The notes under the pieces: generated by a model | Databases searched by the model: none | Seen by the model: only the letters and a program-made list of their open reading frames with translations | Told to the model about the DNA's origin: nothing | In this document: piece after piece, positions 15,380 through 22,998 of the stretch | How the letters are laid out: each line of letters begins with the position of its first letter | How positions within the stretch are numbered: position 1 is the first letter of the stretch | Translations under genes and position numbers: made by a program | Assembly: GCA_045651185.1 (NCBI GenBank) | Contig: JAZRRZ010000021.1 | Coordinates: 57,464 to 81,463, forward strand | Length of the DNA stretch: 24,000 nucleotides | DNA from: Christensenellaceae bacterium | GTDB lineage: Bacteria > Bacillota > Clostridia > Christensenellales > Borkfalkiaceae | Direction: 5' to 3'

Positions 15380-17181
15380 GATTCGCCCACCTCCTTGAGT
15401 TCAAAGTTAAAGTAATAGTCAGGGATAATATAAATATCCGTATTAGCAAACAAGTCGCATTGCTCAGTTGTAAAAAGAACGTTTTTAGAAACGTATAAAG
15501 CTTTAAGATCGGGATAATTCGCCCAATTTACTTGAAGCTCGTCCGCTTCTTCATCACTCATAACCATAATGTAATTGCTGCCGTCAATCTTAACGCCATG
15601 CTCGAGCTGAATCATTTCCGTCATGTGTTCCAAGAGAGCATCAGATAGATATTCCTCATCCCGTGATACAAAGTCGGTTTTATAATACTTAAGGTTGAAC
15701 GGCAACGCATGATATTTCCCATAGCCTTCTGCGACATTTTTTAATCTTGGATATGTTTTTGTATCACAAATATCGTTCTCGTTATTTGTACATAAGATAA
15801 ATCTGCGCGTTCCGCCATCTTCTGCATTCAAAGCAACAACAGCATGTCCTGTGGTTGCACTCCCTGCAAAGAAATCCAATACAGTTATATCGTCTTGGGG
15901 ATATAGGCTTATAATTTGCTTGAGTAAATCTACGGGCTTTTTACCATTTGAAAATTCAACTGCGCCTTCTTTAGTGAGATTTTTTGTCGCACCAGTCATA
16001 TCCCAATATGTGCCTTGCAAATCTTTTTTATATAATTCACCGTTTATAATTTCAGCTGTATCTCTCAACCAAACAAAAAGATTGCACACATCATCTTTGT
16101 AGAATTGTTCGTATATTACACCTTTATTCTTTCCTGTTTTTGGGGTATATTCAATGGATAGAACTTCATCATGAATACCTTTTTCTTGGCGGTATTCAAT
16201 AATTCTTGTTCTGATAGAAGATTGTGAGTTAGTAGTTCTAAAAGCATTTATTCCATATTTTTGATATGCTTCTTTGACCGTAATTCCATCTCTCTTGGCA
16301 ATTTGATTTATAGACATTGTAACAACATTTTTTCGCCTATAAACTTTGATTTCGTTACCATCTCCATCAACAGTAGATCCAATATATTCTTTTTCGCCTG
16401 GATTAAGCAAAACAGTAGTATATTTCCAACTTTTCCCCTCATCAATATACCTTTGAATTAAATCGGAGATTTCGGTATAAACATACGGCCCATTAAATAA
16501 CGGCATAAAGTCATAAGACTTAGCGTAAACAAGAATGTATTCGCAGTTTTTCTTAAAACGTTTATCTTCACCACCGCCGGAAGCACCTGCAATATTTTTC
16601 ATATTAACACTTATGATATTTAAGAAATTGCTCTCACCAAAAATATCATCGCAAAGGCATTTAAGCTGCGCCACCTCAATATCACTAATTTGAATAAAGA
16701 TAACACCTTTTTCAGAAAGAAGCTCTTTTGCGATTAGCAAACGCTTTTCCATAAAGGAAAGCCATTTAGAGTGACGGAAAGAATCCTCTTCAGCTACATA
16801 GTTATCATCGTAAACAAAATCTTCGTGCCCCGTGTTGTATGGGGGATCGATATAGATTAAGTCGATAGCACCCTTGTGCGTTTTCTCCAAGAGATAAAGA
16901 CTATGCAGATTATCGCCTTCAAGCAAAAAGTTATAGCGATTATCGGGGACGAGAGATATTTCTCTTTCAGGCACTTCCGTGAATACGGGAATGTTTGTTT
17001 GCATAGCAATATCGACCTTTTCCTCGTGCTGTTCCCATACAAGCCCATATTTCTTTGAGATGAGTGCATTTGCAATCTCACCGAGAGCGACGAGCATCTC
17101 ATCATCGGTTTTATGTTCTTCTTTGATTTTATCTAAAAACGCAAGCATGCGCTGACGCTTTAACTGTGAAAGGTTGGGCAT
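15373..17181 (-). CDS. mod: Type III R-M Mod subunit (beta-class N6-adenine/N4-cytosine DNA methyltransferase)
   Basis: Motif IV IYIDPPYNTG precedes motif I VLDFFAGSATTGHAV (beta-class order) with a long variable region between them. 7-nt overlap with res. Confidence 0.88.
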   Translation of the reverse strand: MPNLSQLKRQRMLAFLDKIKEEHKTDDEMLVALGEIANALISKKYGLVWEQHEEKVDIAMQTNIPVFTEVPEREISLVPDNRYNFLLEGDNLHSLYLLEKTHKGAIDLIYIDPPYNTGHEDFVYDDNYVAEEDSFRHSKWLSFMEKRLLIAKELLSEKGVIFIQISDIEVAQLKCLCDDIFGESNFLNIISVNMKNIAGASGGGEDKRFKKNCEYILVYAKSYDFMPLFNGPYVYTEISDLIQRYIDEGKSWKYTTVLLNPGEKEYIGSTVDGDGNEIKVYRRKNVVTMSINQIAKRDGITVKEAYQKYGINAFRTTNSQSSIRTRIIEYRQEKGIHDEVLSIEYTPKTGKNKGVIYEQFYKDDVCNLFVWLRDTAEIINGELYKKDLQGTYWDMTGATKNLTKEGAVEFSNGKKPVDLLKQIISLYPQDDITVLDFFAGSATTGHAVVALNAEDGGTRRFILCTNNENDICDTKTYPRLKNVAEGYGKYHALPFNLKYYKTDFVSRDEEYLSDALLEHMTEMIQLEHGVKIDGSNYIMVMSDEEADELQVNWANYPDLKALYVSKNVLFTTEQCDLFANTDIYIIPDYYFNFELKEVGESW

Positions 17182-17212
17182 GTCATTTCTCCTTCTTGTT
17201 AATTAAATATTC

Positions 17213-17998
17213 TTAGTGTAGTTTCTTATGGGATATCCATTTTGCTTTATTTGGTGTTATTACTAATATGTCAATCGGCCCACCAACAGTTTTATTTACA
17301 TTTGTAAAGCGCATAGTATCTATTGTTGTGTTGATAGCATATCTTACAAAATCTATTGCATCTTGTAAAGTCATTAAAGTCCACAAAATAACATTTTCTC
17401 CGAGAAATATGGTTTGATTTTTAGGTAAGACAAGAGAATCTCCAACATTTACTGGTCCATTAGTTGAATTTAAGGTTAAATTTGAAACCTCTATAGGACT
17501 TTGACACATATAATGAGTTTTAACAATACGAGTTATAGTATCAATTTCTCCATCCCATTTTGCCCCAGTTCCATTAGCGGATATTTGATTGCAAATGTTT
17601 TGTGGCCCTGTGATAACTTGATAAACACTTTGTGTCTTTTGACCATTTATCAAATCATATCCCGCAACAATAAAATGAACTTCTGCGTTAGGGTCTATAC
17701 TTATAATATGGTTTTTTAAATTATTTGCAGTATCATAAGTGGATGTACTTGCAGTTACTTGATTGTCAATGTAATCATATATGTATCCTGTTATATTTTT
17801 ATTTTGTAATGATGCTGCTCCACAAGTTGAAATACCACAATTATTCGGGCAAAGAAATGTTTTTTCTTGTGTATCGAAATAATGTCCCGTTTGTATATTT
17901 ACAGGAATATTAGGAGCAATTTGAGATGAAAAACTAATTCTACTATCACTACCCATTACAATCCCTTCTGTTGTCCATACTGTTACAATTAATGACAT
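17213..17998 (-). CDS. Proteasome beta / HslV-like Ntn hydrolase, orphan (no ATPase partner)
   Basis: N-terminus MSLIVTVWTTEGIVMGSDSR aligns with HslV [20 protein letters not shown] (nucleophile at residue 2, Asp 16 residues later). ANGTGAKW corresponds to the GSGS loop. C-terminal VGGPIDILVITPNKAKWI matches the proteasome-type GGxhxhhhI strand. SD GGAGA 7 nt upstream. Confidence 0.65.
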   Translation of the reverse strand: MSLIVTVWTTEGIVMGSDSRISFSSQIAPNIPVNIQTGHYFDTQEKTFLCPNNCGISTCGAASLQNKNITGYIYDYIDNQVTASTSTYDTANNLKNHIISIDPNAEVHFIVAGYDLINGQKTQSVYQVITGPQNICNQISANGTGAKWDGEIDTITRIVKTHYMCQSPIEVSNLTLNSTNGPVNVGDSLVLPKNQTIFLGENVILWTLMTLQDAIDFVRYAINTTIDTMRFTNVNKTVGGPIDILVITPNKAKWISHKKLH

Positions 17999-18030
17999 AT
18001 AAATTTCTCCTAAGTTTAATTTACTACACT

Positions 18031-18055
18031 AAATATGACATTTAATGTCATATTT
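18031..18055. promoter_or_regulatory. Perfect 11-3-11 palindrome (candidate operator)
   Basis: AAATATGACAT-TTA-ATGTCATATTT lies between the Fic stop (18065) and the Ntn hydrolase start (17998). No U-run follows on either strand. Confidence 0.5.
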
Positions 18056-18064
18056 ATAAAATTT

Positions 18065-18943
18065 TTAGTCGTTTATTTCTTCGTAATAGTAAGAGTAGTC
18101 AACGCCTTTCATGAAGACTTCCCTATCGTTAATCTTGTCCGTCAATGCGTTTGATAAAAGTTCTTTAATCATCGTGCTATCAACTATGCTTTTACGCATT
18201 GCTTCTAAATAATCTTTTTTATCAATTTTAGACCAGTCAACGCATTTGCCTAAATTTTTCTTAAATATCAAGTCAAGCCAAATTCTTGTACTTCTTCCGT
18301 TCCCTTCCATGAAAGGATGTGCTATATTCATTTCAACGTATTTTGCAACAATTTCTTCAAAAGTGTTTTCTGGCATTTTCTCAATACTCTTAAGATTATC
18401 ATCTAAATACATGGCAGGGGCAAAAGCAAAACCACCTTTTGCAATATTTATCGTTCTTATTTGACCGGCAAAGTTATACAGTCCACCAAACAAATAGGAA
18501 TGGATTTGTTGTAAGCCCTTAACAGTCCCCACTTCTATTGAGTCAAGCAACGAGCTATCAAACAGCGAATATGCTTTTTGCTTACTCTTTCCGTCAACGC
18601 TTTCTTCACTTCTTGTAAGCCACGCTATAAACTCTGAACTGATTTTACTTGGAAATTCTGCAAGTAAAGTCATAACACCATCCGAATCAATCGCATCGGA
18701 CTTATATTTCTTACCATCGTTAGCGGTGATTTTCAGTTGGGTAGTGGCGCTAACCAACTGGCTATTTTCTTTCTTTAATTTTGCTTTAAGATACTTCCAG
18801 TAGTTTCTTGACTTTTCATAAGATGGTTCTTTCCTTATTGCCGAAATAATATCTAAAACGCTAAAATACCAAGTATTTTTATCGTCCACCCAAACGGCTC
18901 TTACTGGCGTATCATTAAAAAATCTAATTGAAATTTTTGACAT
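18065..18943 (-). CDS. Bro-N domain / Fic (COG2184-type) fusion protein
   Basis: C-terminal Fic motif [14 protein letters not shown] preceded by [28 protein letters not shown], as in class I FicT/VbhT-type toxins. The N-terminal 110 aa ([29 protein letters not shown]...EFIAWL) resemble Bro-N. Confidence 0.82.
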   Translation of the reverse strand: MSKISIRFFNDTPVRAVWVDDKNTWYFSVLDIISAIRKEPSYEKSRNYWKYLKAKLKKENSQLVSATTQLKITANDGKKYKSDAIDSDGVMTLLAEFPSKISSEFIAWLTRSEESVDGKSKQKAYSLFDSSLLDSIEVGTVKGLQQIHSYLFGGLYNFAGQIRTINIAKGGFAFAPAMYLDDNLKSIEKMPENTFEEIVAKYVEMNIAHPFMEGNGRSTRIWLDLIFKKNLGKCVDWSKIDKKDYLEAMRKSIVDSTMIKELLSNALTDKINDREVFMKGVDYSYYYEEIND

Positions 18944-19000
18944 TAAATTTTACCTCGTTAAACGCTACGTTTATCAAATATGTTAGACATAATCAGCAGG

Positions 19001-19192
19001 CTAATCGTCAATTTTAATATTATTCTTTACACAAAATTCGTGAATCGCCTTTTGCCCTTCGTAGTTAGGTTCGTTTAATCCCCTTTCCCAACGATTAATA
19101 GTAGCAAACGAAACACCTATTTCCTTTGCAAACTTTTCTTGACTTAAAAACATCTTTAGTCTTATTGCTTTGATTTTTTCGCCAAAAGTCAT
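19001..19192 (-). CDS. XRE-family helix-turn-helix transcriptional regulator (63 aa)
   Basis: IKAIRLKMFLSQEKFAKEIGVSFATINRWERGLNEP is a classic HTH_3 pattern. Start placed at ATG 19192 (MTFGEK) downstream of the promoter and a GAGGTG SD; the track start at 19243 lies inside the promoter. Confidence 0.85.
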   Translation of the reverse strand: MTFGEKIKAIRLKMFLSQEKFAKEIGVSFATINRWERGLNEPNYEGQKAIHEFCVKNNIKIDD

Positions 19193-19223
19193 ACTACACC
19201 TCAAAATAAAAATGTATAACAAT

Positions 19224-19252
19224 ATTATAACATAATTATTCACTTTTTACAA
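19224..19252 (-). promoter_or_regulatory. Sigma-A promoter of the XRE gene
   Basis: Minus strand TTGTAA (19252-19247), a 17-nt spacer, then TATAAT (19229-19224). Confidence 0.6.
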
Positions 19253-19341
19253 GAGTCTCACAACAACGATTAAAAATATTTTTTACTGATTTTTAATTAT
19301 TTTCTATAATAATCCAAGAAAAATCACTCAAAAATGCTGAT

Positions 19342-19364
19342 TTTACCCCATTTTCAGGGGTAAA
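19342..19364. repeat. Inverted repeat near the right island edge
   Basis: TTTACCCC-attttca-GGGGTAAA (8-bp perfect arms) followed 2 nt later by TTGACA (19367-19372). Confidence 0.6.
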
Positions 19365-19390
19365 GGTTGACAAAACAAAAGGAATATGTG

Positions 19391-19441
19391 TTTTAAAAAA
19401 ATAAAAAATCCTAACGAGGAATACGGTTTTCGTTAGGATTT
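19391..19441 (-). terminator. Strong rho-independent terminator downstream of the rlmD-like gene
   Basis: AAAUCCUAACG / CGUUAGGAUUU stem of 11 bp (extendable), followed on the minus strand by UUUUUUAUUUUUUU. Confidence 0.75.
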
Positions 19442-19611
19442 ATCTAGTGTTTTTCAATTTTTTGTTCTTGTGTTCCCCGTTACAAGGTTAACTACAATAT
19501 GAACTGTGGCGTGCTTTTTTAGCACTTTTTGCTTGTATCCATCCTCGTCTTCAATAAACACAAAATGTGGAAAAACGATAGGAAAATAAAGGATTTCTGT
19601 GTATTTTGGGG

Positions 19612-21033
19612 TTATTTTCGTTGTAGTACTACTAGAGTCTCGACGTGTTTGGTTTGCGCAAACATGTCAAATGGTTTTACAAGTTTAATTTTATATCTTT
19701 CTTGTAAGTTTTCTATCTTTTTGATTTCACCGTCAATAACACCTAAAGTGCCCACAAGAAGTCCTATGTCACGCACCAAGGTTGATGGTTTACAAGAAAC
19801 GTATATTATTTTATCAATATTGCTCTTTATTATAGAATTAATAACCTTAATATCACACCCCTTTCTTGGTGGGTCTAAAACGAGGCAAACGTCGTGATTG
19901 TTCTGTTTTTCACTGGCTATCAATTGTGGCAAAATGTCTTCACACTTACCACAATAATTAGTAATTTTATGGTCAAGTTTATTGATTTTTGCAAGGTCAT
20001 TTGCACATTCTACTGCTTCAGCAATAATTTCAACACCGATTGCCTTTTTGGCATTTTGGGCAAGTATTGCAGTCATTAAACCTGCACCACTATACGCATC
20101 TATAACCACAGTATTTTCATTGGCATTAACAAAAGACTTAACATTAGAATAAAGTTTATTACACACAGAATTGTTTATTTGCATAAAACTCTGCACGCCA
20201 ATTTTATACTTTATGCCAAGCATTTCTCCTGTATAATCTGCGTTTCCATAAATCAACTTAAACTTGTCACCATAGATAACGTTTGTTTGCTTGTTATTAA
20301 TATTAATATAAAGCGAAAATGGTAGTTTAATAAACTCTTTTAATATTTCAACAAGTTTATCAATGCCTCTAATATTTTCCTTACATACAACGGCTGTTAT
20401 TATTAAATTTCCTTTTATTTCTTTAACAGTAATTTCCCTTAAATCGCCTGTATTTGTAAATTCGTTATAACCTCTTATGCAATTATCATTTATGTATTTA
20501 GTAAAAGCAGAAATAATATCTTTTGTCCAAAAAGCATTTATTGGGCAATCGGCTATAGGCACAACCCTGTGCGAATTTTCGGCATAAAAACCGATAACCG
20601 TGCCTTTATCAGTCATACTAACTGGTAATTGAAGTTTGTTGCGATATCTATATTCATTGTCTCCACAAACTGCAGGCAAAACATCTACGCTAAGGTTTGC
20701 AACTTTTTTAAAAGTTTCTTTTATAGATTGTTCTTTGATAGCTAGTTGATTTTGATATTTAATGTGTTGCAATTGGCAACCACCACATTTAGTAAAAACA
20801 GGACATTTTGGTCTTACACGCTCTTCAGCAGGCGTTAAAATTTCAAGTGCCTTAGCATAAACGCATCTAGATGCTACTTTTAGCACTTTATACTTAACTT
20901 TCTCCCCCACAAGCGTGTATGGAACAAAAATTATATTATTGTCTTGTTTAATTATGCCTTCACCATTTGAGCCTATTGCGCAAACAGTACCAATGCACTC
21001 TTGATTTTTCTCCATAAACATCCTATTTAACAA
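19612..21033 (-). CDS. rlmD: 23S rRNA (uracil-C5)-methyltransferase, RlmD/RumA family (TRAM + Fe-S + SAM MTase)
   Basis: N-terminal TRAM-like domain, Fe-S cluster CPVFTKCGGCQLQH, SAM site IDAYSGAGL, DPPRKG, catalytic YVSCKPSTL. True start may be ATG 21021 or 21015. Confidence 0.8.
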   Translation of the reverse strand: MLNRMFMEKNQECIGTVCAIGSNGEGIIKQDNNIIFVPYTLVGEKVKYKVLKVASRCVYAKALEILTPAEERVRPKCPVFTKCGGCQLQHIKYQNQLAIKEQSIKETFKKVANLSVDVLPAVCGDNEYRYRNKLQLPVSMTDKGTVIGFYAENSHRVVPIADCPINAFWTKDIISAFTKYINDNCIRGYNEFTNTGDLREITVKEIKGNLIITAVVCKENIRGIDKLVEILKEFIKLPFSLYININNKQTNVIYGDKFKLIYGNADYTGEMLGIKYKIGVQSFMQINNSVCNKLYSNVKSFVNANENTVVIDAYSGAGLMTAILAQNAKKAIGVEIIAEAVECANDLAKINKLDHKITNYCGKCEDILPQLIASEKQNNHDVCLVLDPPRKGCDIKVINSIIKSNIDKIIYVSCKPSTLVRDIGLLVGTLGVIDGEIKKIENLQERYKIKLVKPFDMFAQTKHVETLVVLQRK

Positions 21034-21553
21034 TTTTAGATAAATATTTATCTAAACTAAATTTTATAGCAACAATAAATCTATCGTAAATAAAGTAAAA
21101 CACAACAGCAATTAGCCCAATAAAGTAAATTAAATATTTTTCCACCCATGTAGGCAAACCTTCAAAAACTCCACCAAGCACAAATATATAGTAATAGTAG
21201 CATACGTATGACACTACTAAAAACCAAATAATGCCAATAACAATATTAAGCGTTTTACTAACTCTTTTTTCAAGCATTTTGATTTTAATTATTGGATAAA
21301 TACCAAAAAAACCAAAATATGCTGGATAAATAAGTGTAAAATTAAAGCCACATATAAGAATCGCTATTACCCCGCCTGCCAAAAAAGCAAGAAAACTACC
21401 CTTGTATGATTTTAAATACAAAGGTAATAAAACAAAAGCTGAGGCAGTGACAAGCATAAACAAGTCTGCTAATTCAAAGTAAGTGCCAATAATTAAGGCA
21501 ACCGCAATAAAGCTTGCTGAAATTGCTGATAAAGAAACTACTTTGCTTTTCAT
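21023..21553 (-). CDS. Polytopic membrane protein, function unknown
   Basis: 176 aa with about five hydrophobic spans. Its ATG shares one nucleotide with the upstream stop (TAATG at 21551-21555). Confidence 0.6.
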   Translation of the reverse strand: MKSKVVSLSAISASFIAVALIIGTYFELADLFMLVTASAFVLLPLYLKSYKGSFLAFLAGGVIAILICGFNFTLIYPAYFGFFGIYPIIKIKMLEKRVSKTLNIVIGIIWFLVVSYVCYYYYIFVLGGVFEGLPTWVEKYLIYFIGLIAVVFYFIYDRFIVAIKFSLDKYLSKIVK

Positions 21554-22155
21554 TATCTACAGTTTAAGCACATGTTGCACATCATATTCATACAACAAAG
21601 TTGCAAACAATAATCAACACAACCATTGCTATCTGTGCCACCCATTTGCTGTGATGTTTGACCTTGATTTGGCGCACCATAATAACCACTATTATATTGA
21701 CGGTTATTAAACTCCATCTTATCTTTAAGTCTTGTATATGCTTGGGCATACTTACTGTTGTGTGGCTCAATACTCATTGCAATTTCAAGTTGTTTCTTGC
21801 TTTCGTTAAGCCAGTTCTTTTTATAGAAGATAACTGATTGAAGATAATGCCACTCTGCATTTCTATCCGAAATATCATCAAGTTTTGTTTGAGCAAGCGA
21901 AATATTACCAGCCTTGATTAACTCTTCAACTTCTACAAACTTAGATAAATCATCAGTTGAATTAAGCTTTCTATTTTCCATAATTTCATGATATGCTGTT
22001 TCAAGTTTGGTTAGTTGTTTTGCCGCTTCATTACCCTTTTCACCTTCTAAAAAACGTTCACTAGAATATTTTTCTTTAAGGGTTTTATAAGCCTTTTCAA
22101 TTTCTTCATCAGTTGCTGATGTTGGCAAGCCTAAAATTTCGAAGTATTTTTGCAT
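21553..22155 (-). CDS. J-domain-like protein lacking HPD, with TPR-like middle and Cys-rich tail
   Basis: KYFEILGLPTSATDEEIEKAYKTLKEKYSSERF aligns with J-domain helices I-II, but HPD is replaced by SSE. TPR-like AEWHYLQSVIFYKKNWLNESKKQLEIAMSIEP. 7 Cys in the last 23 residues. Confidence 0.7.
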   Translation of the reverse strand: MQKYFEILGLPTSATDEEIEKAYKTLKEKYSSERFLEGEKGNEAAKQLTKLETAYHEIMENRKLNSTDDLSKFVEVEELIKAGNISLAQTKLDDISDRNAEWHYLQSVIFYKKNWLNESKKQLEIAMSIEPHNSKYAQAYTRLKDKMEFNNRQYNSGYYGAPNQGQTSQQMGGTDSNGCVDYCLQLCCMNMMCNMCLNCR

Positions 22156-22997
22156 TTTTCTTTCTCCATTATTCTTTTAGTTTGAGCACTAAGCCCCCTA
22201 TATAATACATTGTCTATTAAATCGTGATTAAATTTATAATTTATTTTTGATGTCAACTCACCAATTCTACTAAGCACTGAAGAAAACACCAAAATTAATT
22301 CTTGTTTATTATTGCAAATTAATTCGTCTTGATTTTTAATGTCAGGATAAGCGCAAATAAACACATTATAATTGTTTTTCTTTTTGTCCTTATCAAAATC
22401 GTCAAGCGCATCAATAAGATATATCCACTTTCCTAAATAATATGCAAGTTCGCTTACTTCAGGAGTGATTTTATCTTGCATAATTATTTGAACAATATCT
22501 TGCATGATATTGCCAAATGGGTCTGCAATCATATCTACGCTGTCACAATTAGCCTTTTCTAGTTTTAAAAGTTCGTCATATCTTTGTTTTACAACCCTGT
22601 CCATTTCAGGCTCTTGGGTTTTTGCTTTTTTATAAGCATTTTTGAAAATCGACCTTTTAATTCTACCCTTACCACTATCTATAACGTCATCATTTAACTT
22701 ATGATATGCAAGTATTACATTTAATTTAGCAATTCTTTTTGTTAGTTCATCTGTAAGAGCAATCGGCCTTTTTCTTATTAAATGAACAGCACAATGTTGT
22801 TTTTCTACTTTAACGTCTTCGCCCAAAAGGTTATGCATTAAAACTGACAAAAACGTAAGGTCATAATTAAGCACAAACCTTGCTTTTTGCCCACACGTTT
22901 GACCTATGCCTTTACATAAAGAACAATACATTGCTTGGTAAAGTACAGTGTCTTTAACATACATATTTGGTAAATCGGCTTTGATATAACCAAACAT
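22131..22997 (-). CDS. DUF5685-like protein (Cys-containing N-terminus)
   Basis: MFGYIKADLPNMYVKDTVLYQAMYCSLCKGIGQTCG... matches my recollection of the clostridial DUF5685 family N-terminus. 25-nt overlap with the J-like gene. Confidence 0.55.
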   Translation of the reverse strand: MFGYIKADLPNMYVKDTVLYQAMYCSLCKGIGQTCGQKARFVLNYDLTFLSVLMHNLLGEDVKVEKQHCAVHLIRKRPIALTDELTKRIAKLNVILAYHKLNDDVIDSGKGRIKRSIFKNAYKKAKTQEPEMDRVVKQRYDELLKLEKANCDSVDMIADPFGNIMQDIVQIIMQDKITPEVSELAYYLGKWIYLIDALDDFDKDKKKNNYNVFICAYPDIKNQDELICNNKQELILVFSSVLSRIGELTSKINYKFNHDLIDNVLYRGLSAQTKRIMEKEKCKNTSKF

Positions 22998-22998
22998 T

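Larger units (their letters stand above)
4891..19441. mobile_element. Putative serine-recombinase-borne genomic (defence) island; boundaries approximate
   Basis: All accessory-type genes lie between the intact cwlD and the rlmD-like gene. The recombinase is at the left edge and the XRE regulator at the right edge. Composition is mosaic. att sites were not identified. Confidence 0.5.
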
